A program made the position numbers and the translations under genes. Below are positions 9,626 to 17,692 of a DNA stretch of 64,000 nt, piece by piece. This stretch comes from Caulobacter sp. (GTDB lineage Bacteria; Pseudomonadota; Alphaproteobacteria; Caulobacterales; Caulobacteraceae): positions 13,857-77,856 of the forward strand of contig JARWZW010000048.1 of assembly GCA_029866155.1 (NCBI GenBank), given 5' to 3'. The notes under the pieces were generated by a model. It saw only the letters and a program-made list of their open reading frames with translations. It made no database searches and was not told the DNA's origin. The number at the start of each line of letters is the position of its first letter. Positions within the stretch are counted from its first letter, which is position 1.

Positions 9626-10554
9626 GCCGCCGCCTTCCGGCCCGAGAAGAGACCCTGGACATAGCGCCAGACCCCCTGCCCTGCTCCGGCAGTGCGAAGC
9701 GACGCCTCAGCCGCCTCGAGATAGCCCTCCATCACGGCCCGGGCGCCTTCAACGCCCAGACTGGTCACCAGGGTCGGCATCCCGGCGTCCTTGCCGAGAT
9801 CCTTGCCGGCAGTCTCTCCCCCTTCGACATCGATCAGATCGTCCCGGATCTGGAACGCCAGCCCGATCCGCCGGGCGAATTCCCCGACAGCATCGCAGGC
9901 CCCTGAATCAGCCTCGGCGATGATGGCCCCGGCCTGGGCCGCCGCGACCAGCAGAACCCCAGTCTTCTGATGGTTGACCAGGTCTATCTCGTCATTGCTC
10001 AGGGTCCGCCCGCGGCGGTCGAGGTCCCGGGACTGTCCCGCAGTCAGCCCCCGGAACCCGACGGCATCCGACAGAGCGCTGCTGATGGCGATGCGCTGGT
10101 CAAGCGACAGGCCCTGATCCTCGGCGATCACGCCGAAGGCCCGGTTCAGCAGACCAACGGCCGCCAGGATGGCGTTGGCCTCGCCAAAGGCCTTGTGGGT
10201 AGTGGCCCGGCCGCGCCGCAGCCCGGCGTCATCCATGGACGGCAGGTCATCGAGGATCAGTGACGCGGCATGGACCATTTCGAAGGCGCAGGCGCTATCC
10301 ACGGCCAGGCCTTCGCGCGCTCCCAGGTCTCGCGCCAGCAGCAGGGTGAGCATGGGCCGGAACCGCTTGCCAGGAGCCAGCAGGGCATAACGCACCGCCG
10401 CACCCAGTTCTAAAGGAGCCTGATCGGCGTCGGGAACCAGCTGTTCCAGGCGGCGATCAACGCCGTCTCTCAGCCGTTCCACCGACCGGAGAAAAGACCC
10501 GTCGTCCATACCCTGGCCCAGCGCCCCCAAATCGCCCTCGGGCGAGATCTTCAT
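9622..10554 (-). CDS. crtE: Geranylgeranyl diphosphate synthase (start uncertain, 10554 or 10509)
   Basis: GKRFRP, HAASLILDDLPSMDD (FARM) LRRG, KTG, FQIRDDLID (SARM); co-operonic with crtZ; a separate ispA is present at 59.8 kb. Confidence 0.85.
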   Translation of the reverse strand: MKISPEGDLGALGQGMDDGSFLRSVERLRDGVDRRLEQLVPDADQAPLELGAAVRYALLAPGKRFRPMLTLLLARDLGAREGLAVDSACAFEMVHAASLILDDLPSMDDAGLRRGRATTHKAFGEANAILAAVGLLNRAFGVIAEDQGLSLDQRIAISSALSDAVGFRGLTAGQSRDLDRRGRTLSNDEIDLVNHQKTGVLLVAAAQAGAIIAEADSGACDAVGEFARRIGLAFQIRDDLIDVEGGETAGKDLGKDAGMPTLVTSLGVEGARAVMEGYLEAAEASLRTAGAGQGVWRYVQGLFSGRKAAA

Positions 10555-10634
10555 TTGACGGTCCGCCGCTACAGCGTCAACCCGATGCGCTTTCACGTCT
10601 GGACCAGTAGCGGCGCCCGCGGCCGTTATCGGCC

Positions 10635-11255
10635 TCAGGACCGCGCTTCGCCCCATTCGCTCCAGCCGGCGAAGCGGGGCGTGCCGGGGAGATACATGCT
10701 GGACAGATCGGTCACGGCAAGGCCGGCCGCCGTCAGGGCGCCGCCAATCGGCCGCGTCAGGTGGCACCCCCCCGCCAGGCGCTTCCAGATGGGCTCGATG
10801 CGCCGCTGCCAGCGAACAACTTCGGGATCAGGGGCTAATCCGTGCTCGCAGAAAAGGAAGCGACCGCCTGGCTTCAGAACCCGTCTGGCCTCCGCCAGGG
10901 CGGCGGAGGGTGACTGGACCGAGCAAAGGGTGAAGGTGCAGACGATACAATCAAAGCTTGCAGCCTCGAAAGGCAGGGCTTCGGCCGTCCCCTCGCGTAT
11001 TTCGACATTCAGCCCCGGAGACCGGGGCGCCGCCTCGGCTATGGCGCGCAGCTCGGCGGACGGGTCAACTCCCGAAACACTGGAAACCTGGCCAGGATCA
11101 TAGAAGGCCAGGTTCAGCCCGCCGCCGATGCCCAGCTCCAGCACCTTGCCGGCGGCCTTCGGCACAACCTTTTCACGTTGCTTCATGATCGGCCTGGACC
11201 CGCAGGCGCAGCCGATAAACCGAGGCAGGATGTAGCGATCATAAAGGCTTGTCAT
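10635..11255 (-). CDS. Class I SAM-dependent methyltransferase
   Basis: VLELGIGGG motif I, GVDPS, FDCIVCTFTLCSV, LKPGG, CEHG. Confidence 0.88.
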   Translation of the reverse strand: MTSLYDRYILPRFIGCACGSRPIMKQREKVVPKAAGKVLELGIGGGLNLAFYDPGQVSSVSGVDPSAELRAIAEAAPRSPGLNVEIREGTAEALPFEAASFDCIVCTFTLCSVQSPSAALAEARRVLKPGGRFLFCEHGLAPDPEVVRWQRRIEPIWKRLAGGCHLTRPIGGALTAAGLAVTDLSSMYLPGTPRFAGWSEWGEARS

Positions 11256-11273
11256 GGAGACGAACCTGCCCCG

Positions 11274-11750
11274 TCACACGGCCCGGCGCAACCACCTGAC
11301 CACAGCCCAGGCATGACTCTCATGTCGCAGGGCCACCAGCGCCGCTGGTGGCTCCATCCAGACAAGGGCGTGGTCATCCTCGACCTTCAGTTCGGGACGA
11401 TGGCCGACCAGCGAGGCCTCAAAGACCGAACCGGCGTTTTCCACAGGCTCGCCATCGCTCTTGCGGAATAGCTGACGAGAGGTCAGCAGTTTCGAGCCGG
11501 TCGCAATGACCAGACCGGTCTCTTCGCCGAACTCGCGGATCAGAGCCTGCTCCGCGGTCTCGTCGCCGTCGATCGCCCCGCCCGGAAGGTCATGATAGCA
11601 TCGGTCGTCTGGTCGGGTGACGCGGACAAGGGCGATCCTGCCCAGCTGTTCCAGAATGCCGAAAGCGGCGGGACGATAGCGATAGGAGAGGCCGGGAAGC
11701 CGCTCTCCGAACAGCAGTCCCGAACCCTCGTCATACCCCGCATCGATCAT
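11274..11750 (-). CDS. Nudix hydrolase
   Basis: Nudix box GGAIDGDETAEQALIREFGEETG. Confidence 0.88.
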   Translation of the reverse strand: MIDAGYDEGSGLLFGERLPGLSYRYRPAAFGILEQLGRIALVRVTRPDDRCYHDLPGGAIDGDETAEQALIREFGEETGLVIATGSKLLTSRQLFRKSDGEPVENAGSVFEASLVGHRPELKVEDDHALVWMEPPAALVALRHESHAWAVVRWLRRAV

Positions 11751-12334
11751 TCGATATCCAGTTCTGCCTCGACCCTGGCAATCCAGGCGCCGACCGCCGG
11801 ATAGTCCGCCAGATCAAAGCCTCCGTCCCCGGCGACCCGAGTATAGGCGACCAGCGCCACATCCGCGAGGGTCAAGCGAGAACCAACGAGAAACCCGCCA
11901 TCCGCGAGGGCAAGCGCCAGGCGGGCCAATGCGGCCCGTCCGCGCTCCACCAGACGTGGCTCCAGGTCGCTGATCTCGCGCCCGAGATAGGCCAGCTGGA
12001 ATCGCGCCACGGCTATGTAGGGTTCGTGGCTATATTGCTCCCAGAACAGCCACTCAAACATCCGGGCGCGGTCGTAGGGGTCATCCGGGATCAGCCCCGA
12101 TCCCTCACCCAGATAGAGGATAATGGCGTTGGACTGAGACAAGGCGCGGCCGTCTTCAAGAACAACCATCGGCACCTGCCCGGCAGGATTCCGGGCCAGA
12201 AAATCAGAGGTGCGAGTCTCGCCGGCGAGGATGTTCACCTCCACCCAGCGATAGGGTAGATCTAGCTTTTACAGGACCCACTTTACCTTGAGGCAATTGC
12301 CGGAAATGCTGTCGCCATAGACAGTGATGCTCAT
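11747..12334 (-). pseudogene. Glutathione S-transferase interrupted by an in-frame TAA at codon 22
   Basis: ATG 12334 gives MSITVYGDSISGNCLKVKWVL*KLDLPYRWVEVNILAGETR...NPAGQVP...SQSNAII in one frame; TAA at 12271-12269; the ORF track begins only at the internal GTG 12244. Confidence 0.8.
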
Positions 12335-12431
12335 GGACTATTCTCCCGGATTCCCGCTCGGGGTTGCCATCAATCGACACACTGTATAGACGAAGCACCA
12401 CGCGAACGAGAAACAACAGGAGGGAACGCTG

Positions 12432-13034
12432 ATGAAGCGCACCTCGGCATGCCTCGCAGCGCTGGCCCTGGGGCTGGCTGCAACCCAGGCGCCGGCCCAG
12501 GTTCCCCCGGGAACCCCGGGCGATAACCCGCCCTCTTCACCCGCCGAACAGGCGGATCCGATTGCCGACCTGATCGCGAAATCAGCAGGCCTGAGCCGTG
12601 GCGTCATGGCCCCTATCCCGGACGAGGCGACGAGCCTCTCTCCGCCAGCGGTCGACAGCGCCCCGGACTGGACCATGAAGGTCACGCTCTACCACTCAGG
12701 CGGCGGCGGCGCCGGCGCCCGGGATTCCCTGGGCTGTAATGTCGTGGCCATGCGGACAGCCGCAATTGACCCAGCGGTGGCCCCCCGTCGCACCATCCTC
12801 TTCATTCCGGACACCGTCGGCCTGCCCATGCCCGATGGCTCGACCCATGATGGCTACTGGTATGCCTCGGACACTGGCGGCGCGGTCAAGGGCCACACCG
12901 TCGACCTGTTCACCGGTCGCGGCCGCGGCTCGATGCAGCCCTTGATGAAGATCAACACCCGCAAGGTCGCGGTCCAGAAGGCCGGGACCTTTACCGGCTG
13001 CCCCCGGGCCGGCTCGCGAATCGCCACGCGATAA
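12432..13034 (+). CDS. Secreted 3D (Asp-Asp-Asp) domain protein, MltA-like lytic transglycosylase fold
   Basis: Signal peptide, Pro-rich linker, AAIDP...YASDTGGAVKGHTVDLF. Confidence 0.8.
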   Translation: MKRTSACLAALALGLAATQAPAQVPPGTPGDNPPSSPAEQADPIADLIAKSAGLSRGVMAPIPDEATSLSPPAVDSAPDWTMKVTLYHSGGGGAGARDSLGCNVVAMRTAAIDPAVAPRRTILFIPDTVGLPMPDGSTHDGYWYASDTGGAVKGHTVDLFTGRGRGSMQPLMKINTRKVAVQKAGTFTGCPRAGSRIATR

Positions 13035-13139
13035 CCCGGGTGGGCCAGAGGTTCAGACCTGCCAGACATTGCTGCTGACAGGCCTGTTCGGCAGCATCAG
13101 GCTGGCCTGCCCGGCTTGATCCGGGGCAGGAAGCCCATG

Positions 13140-14546
13140 TCAGTTTCTTCGGCCCCAACCACGCTTGGGCGGCTGTTCCCGCGGTAGCGCCCCGGGAACA
13201 CCGTCACGCTGATAGCCGCGGTCATAGGCGTCGACGTCCCAGCCGCGGCGCTGGCCGCCGCCCCAGTCACCGCGATCGCGCAACGGACCGGGCAGATAGC
13301 GATCCGTGACGCAATAGAGGCCGGGTTCATATTGCTGACGCCAGCAATCGACCGATGAATAGACCCAGTTGTCGATGAGTTCGACCAAAGCGCCAGGATC
13401 GGAATAGACGGGACGGCCACCACCGTAGAAGCGGTTGCGGGAGAAACTCGCCCGGCCTGACGCGACATAGGCGCCGACTTCCCTCGCGCCGATGGCCGAT
13501 TCCCGGACCTTCAGGCTGGCGCCTGCGGAAATGATACCCCGTTGGGAATCGCAGATCCGGCTGCGCGCCACATCGACCTGGGCGCCGCGCTCCAGATGCA
13601 GTCCACTGGTCCAGCCGCAGACCACCACGTCGCGCATGGTCATGGAGCCGGTGCCGCTGCGCTGGCCGCGCACCAGGATTCCCACGTCGCCGGGCGTTTC
13701 ACCGCCCCGCGCCACGACCCCGACCTGATCCAGCCGGGACTCGCCATTGCCCGGGGTCAGATCAAGGCCGCCAGCCTCTCCGGTAATCCGGGTGCGGGCG
13801 ATATCAACCACCGCACCTTCGGCGACCACAGCCGCGTCCCAGGTCTTGGCGTCGATCACGCTGTCCCGCATGATCATCCGACCTCCGGACGAATAGACGG
13901 CAGAGGTGTCGCCCCAATAGGTCACCGTAGTGCGAACAAGCGCCACCTCGGCGTCCCAGGCTTCGATACAGGGCATCCTGCCCCCCTGCTGGGTCACCAG
14001 GTTCAGGTCCCGCAACTCCACGCCCCTGGTGCCGGCGGCCACGCGGATGCAGGCCCGGCCGGCCTCAGGGGACAGGGTCGCCGCCTCGGGGGCGGCGCCG
14101 CTGAAGATCGAGGCGCCTTCACCCGCGATCACCACGGGGTTCTCGATGATAACCGTCTCCTTGCAGGCGGCGCTTCCCCGAATGTAGAGGATGCCGTTGT
14201 CGGCAACGGTTTGCAGCGTGTCTGAAATCGGCGTCGGCCCGGCTTCCGCGTCCGAACAGTCGACCACGGCGACCATCTGGTCGCGGGGAGGAAGCTCATT
14301 GGGACCATAGTCGGTCCCGGATGCCCCCCTGTCACGAGGGCGCTTGCCCCAAGTATAGCGCCCGGGCGTCCAGCGATCCGGACGATAGCGAGGCTTCAGG
14401 GGCGGTGTGATCAACCCGCCGAAGTTGGGGCGGATCTGCTGATCGACCTTGGCGTCGGGCAGAGCCATGGCAGGGGCGGCAGTGAACGCCAGTCCGCCCA
14501 GGGCGGAGGCGACGAGAAGAAGCCGCAGGGTTGAGCGCCTGGACAT
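13140..14546 (-). CDS. Exported right-handed beta-helix protein, StpB-like (stalk crossband component)
   Basis: Signal peptide beginning MSRRSTL; repeated short beta-strand/Gly/Cys pattern; ATG overlaps the TGA of the upstream Sel1 gene; StpB call rests on recalled C. crescentus synteny. Confidence 0.6.
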   Translation of the reverse strand: MSRRSTLRLLLVASALGGLAFTAAPAMALPDAKVDQQIRPNFGGLITPPLKPRYRPDRWTPGRYTWGKRPRDRGASGTDYGPNELPPRDQMVAVVDCSDAEAGPTPISDTLQTVADNGILYIRGSAACKETVIIENPVVIAGEGASIFSGAAPEAATLSPEAGRACIRVAAGTRGVELRDLNLVTQQGGRMPCIEAWDAEVALVRTTVTYWGDTSAVYSSGGRMIMRDSVIDAKTWDAAVVAEGAVVDIARTRITGEAGGLDLTPGNGESRLDQVGVVARGGETPGDVGILVRGQRSGTGSMTMRDVVVCGWTSGLHLERGAQVDVARSRICDSQRGIISAGASLKVRESAIGAREVGAYVASGRASFSRNRFYGGGRPVYSDPGALVELIDNWVYSSVDCWRQQYEPGLYCVTDRYLPGPLRDRGDWGGGQRRGWDVDAYDRGYQRDGVPGALPREQPPKRGWGRRN

Positions 14547-16066
14547 CAGCGGTATTCCCTTTCGCGGACAGGACGATTTTCTCGCGAGACCTGCTGCAAC
14601 ACCTGCTGCAGCCGGCCGATGGTCGGCTTGAAGCCCGACAGGGCGGAGTCGATCTGATAGACCACGGCCTGGGCCTTGTTCTGGTCAGCCACCCCATCCA
14701 TGCCGAGGGAGAAGAAGGTGGACATGGCGTACTTGGCCTCAGCCGAGCCCTGCTTGTCGGCCTCGCTGTACCACTGGAAAGCCCGGGCGTAGTCGCGCCG
14801 GACACCGACGCCTTCCGAATACATGACTGCCATAACGAGCTGCGCTTTGGGCGATCCATTGACCGCCGCATACTGCACGGCGCGGACCTTTTCGATCCCG
14901 GTCATCCGTCCCGTCGGTTCACGACCAAGCATGGCCTGGAGGGTCTGGATGTCGCCCGGATAGAGATCGCTTTCCTTGGCGACCGCCTTGGGCGTCACCC
15001 GCAGATAGGCCAGGGCTTCGGAGATGTGGACGAAGGGCAGTTCGTTCAGACGCTCCAGCGCCACATCGGTGTTTTCGTCCCGCCAGTTGCTCTCGTCCAC
15101 ATGAGGAACCCCTGACGACGGGGAGTCGGGCGGATAGAACTCGTAAGGCGGCACCCAGCGTTTGGCCTTGGCCTCGACGAAGGAACCGTATCCCGCCCTC
15201 TGGGAGGAAGAGCGCTCGAAATCCTTCAGCATGACGTAGGCGCCGACATCCCCGGTCTGGACCGCCAGGTAATTGTAGAGATAGGCGTCAACGTCGTTGC
15301 GCGGGAACAGGTTGAACACAGCCGGCGCGCCGGGCTTGTAGGGACGTCCCCGGGCCGCAACGGCCTGGGCGTTGTCCGAAGGCTCGCCAAACAGACCAAA
15401 TCCCTCATCATGAATTCGCGCCAGGGTGCGGAAGCCTTCAGCACCCTGGCTGGACAGGACATAGATCATCCGGGAGCGGACTTTCTCCTGTTCGGAGGAA
15501 TCCATCTTGGCCAGTAGCCGATCCAGGGTGGCGTAGGCGGTGCGCCGCTCCACCCCCCGGCAATTGTCGAATCGCGAAGTGGCGGTTGCATCACCATTGC
15601 TGGCCCGCCGTCCCAGGGCCGAAACCTGGGCATAGCCGTCGGGATTGCTCAAGGCCATGGCGTACCAGACGGCGGCTTCGACCGGATCGTCGAGATTGCG
15701 ATCCACAGCCCGCTGGCCCTCGTAGCGCCGCCCCAGCTCCAGCTGGGCGAAGAAGTCGCCACGGAAGGCGGCCCGTCGCAGAATGCGGATTTCCTGCTGC
15801 TGGGCGTTGAACTGGGGAGATGAAACCGTCGCCAGCTGAGGCCGGGGACAGGCCGCCTCGCTCTTCTTGCCAAACACACCGCCCGGCGCGGTGTCGCAAC
15901 CGATCAGTGGCAGGACGATCGAAGCCACGGCGCCGGCAATGACAAGGCTGCGAAATCCGGACCGACGCGGGCTCGCGGGCGGCGCTCGGTTGACCGCTGC
16001 AAGCGGTTCGGCGGCTGCCACAGGGTCCAGAAGGAACCTGGCCTCGGCATCGCTAGCGTCATACAT
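14546..16066 (-). CDS. Membrane-anchored Sel1-repeat protein, StpA-like
   Basis: Start at ATG 16066 (GGGGAG SD); hydrophobic segment LVIAGAVASIVLPLIGC; Sel1 repeats such as GSPKAQLVMAVMYSEGVGVRRDYARAFQWY; StpA call rests on recalled synteny. Confidence 0.65.
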   Translation of the reverse strand: MYDASDAEARFLLDPVAAAEPLAAVNRAPPASPRRSGFRSLVIAGAVASIVLPLIGCDTAPGGVFGKKSEAACPRPQLATVSSPQFNAQQQEIRILRRAAFRGDFFAQLELGRRYEGQRAVDRNLDDPVEAAVWYAMALSNPDGYAQVSALGRRASNGDATATSRFDNCRGVERRTAYATLDRLLAKMDSSEQEKVRSRMIYVLSSQGAEGFRTLARIHDEGFGLFGEPSDNAQAVAARGRPYKPGAPAVFNLFPRNDVDAYLYNYLAVQTGDVGAYVMLKDFERSSSQRAGYGSFVEAKAKRWVPPYEFYPPDSPSSGVPHVDESNWRDENTDVALERLNELPFVHISEALAYLRVTPKAVAKESDLYPGDIQTLQAMLGREPTGRMTGIEKVRAVQYAAVNGSPKAQLVMAVMYSEGVGVRRDYARAFQWYSEADKQGSAEAKYAMSTFFSLGMDGVADQNKAQAVVYQIDSALSGFKPTIGRLQQVLQQVSRENRPVREREYR

Positions 16067-16363
16067 CCGCAAGCTCCCCTGCCCGCCATTAACCATAATT
16101 CCGGCGGCACTGTTGGCCCCGAGCACCTGACTGTCAAGTTCGCGCGGCCGTTCACCCTAATCTCAATCCACGCACCTGAAGCGGGAATGAACAGCATTCG
16201 CCCTTCAGGGGAAATCCGGTGCGGCTGAATGCCGGCAAAGCCAGCGCAAAAGCGCCATGCAGTCGAAAATTGTGGCGGCGATGATACAACAGCAGCGCCA
16301 TGTGCGGCCGAGGCCAGGTCCCGGGGCCAGCCCGTAGCGAAATCCGCCGCCCGGCGAATCACG

Positions 16364-16393
16364 AAAAAAGCCGCCGGGGTCGCCCCCGACGGC
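16364..16393 (-). terminator. Rho-independent terminator after the acyl-CoA dehydrogenase pair
   Basis: GCCGTCGGGG-GCGA-CCCCGGCGGC-TTTTTT on the minus strand. Confidence 0.8.
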
Positions 16394-16448
16394 TCTCATC
16401 TTTCTGATCTGTCACGACAAACCCGAAGGATGCCGTGTTCTGATCAGT

Positions 16449-17675
16449 CTATCGGCCCGTCGGCACGTCCTTGAAGGCCACGTCCTTGTCGACGCGGACA
16501 TCCCCTGGCAGGCCCAGAACCCGCTCGGCGATGATGTTCTTCAGGATTTCGTCGGTGCCGCCGGCGATACGCAGGCCTGGCGCCCAGAGCAGGCTCTGCT
16601 GGAAGGCCGCCTGGAGCGGCGCTTCGGAGGGGTCAGCCAGGATGCCGTACTGGTCTTCCATCTCCACGCCATAATTCCCCATCTCCTGCATCTGGTTTGC
16701 AGCGATGATCTTGCCGATGGAGCTTTCCGGCCCAGGAGTCTGGCCACGGGACAGGGCCGTCATGGTGCGGAAGCGGGTGAACTTCAGACCCTCGGCAGCC
16801 ACGTACCAGTCCGCCAGTTTTTCGCGGAAGGCGCCGTCCTTGATGGCCGCGCCGCTGACGCCATCTGTCTCACGGGCCAGTTCCATGATGGTCTTGTAGT
16901 CGGGGCCCGAAGAGCCACCGACGGCCAGACGCTCGTTCATCAGGGTGACCAGAGCGACCTTCCAGCCGTCGCCGACGCCGCCCAGCCGCTGGCTGTCCTT
17001 GACCCGGAGATCGGTGAAGTAGACTTCGTTGAATTCAGAGCCGCCCGAGGCCTGATGGATCGGACGTACTTCAACGGCCGGATCATGCATGTCGATCCAG
17101 AACATCGTCATGCCCTTGTGCTTTGGCACATCGACATCCGTCCGGACCAGCAGGATCCCGAAGTCGCAATACTGGGCGCCGGTGGTCCAGACCTTCTGGC
17201 CATTGATCACCCATTCATCACCGTCGCGCACAGCGCGGGTGCGAGAGGCGGCAACGTCGGAGCCGCCCGCCGGTTCGGAGAACAGCTGACACCAGATCTC
17301 TTCACCCTTGACCGCAGGCCCGACGAAACGATGCTTGGTTTCATCGTTAGCGAAGGCCATCACCGTCGGCACGCACATGCCAAGGCCAATGGTGAAATAG
17401 CCGTAGTTGACGCCGACCTTGGCTTCTTCCTGATTGAAGATGACCGACTGGATGGGATTGCCGCCAGCCCCGCCCCATTCCTTGGGCCAGGTGATGCAGG
17501 CATAGCCGGCCTCGGCCTTCTTGGTCTGCCAAGCCTTGGCCGCAGCCATGTGCTCGGGGCTGTTTGGGCGCCGGCCATTGGCAGAGGTCGACTTGTGCTC
17601 AGTGGCGTTGGCTTCAAGCCAGGCCCTCGCTGACTCGCGATAGGCGGCTTCTTCCGGGGAGTCGTTGAAATCCAT
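16449..17675 (-). CDS. Acyl-CoA dehydrogenase
   Basis: CQLFSEPAGGSD, INGQKVWTT, FNEVYF, IAGGTDEILKNIIAER. Confidence 0.93.
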   Translation of the reverse strand: MDFNDSPEEAAYRESARAWLEANATEHKSTSANGRRPNSPEHMAAAKAWQTKKAEAGYACITWPKEWGGAGGNPIQSVIFNQEEAKVGVNYGYFTIGLGMCVPTVMAFANDETKHRFVGPAVKGEEIWCQLFSEPAGGSDVAASRTRAVRDGDEWVINGQKVWTTGAQYCDFGILLVRTDVDVPKHKGMTMFWIDMHDPAVEVRPIHQASGGSEFNEVYFTDLRVKDSQRLGGVGDGWKVALVTLMNERLAVGGSSGPDYKTIMELARETDGVSGAAIKDGAFREKLADWYVAAEGLKFTRFRTMTALSRGQTPGPESSIGKIIAANQMQEMGNYGVEMEDQYGILADPSEAPLQAAFQQSLLWAPGLRIAGGTDEILKNIIAERVLGLPGDVRVDKDVAFKDVPTGR

Positions 17676-17692
17676 GATCGTTCCTTCCGAAC

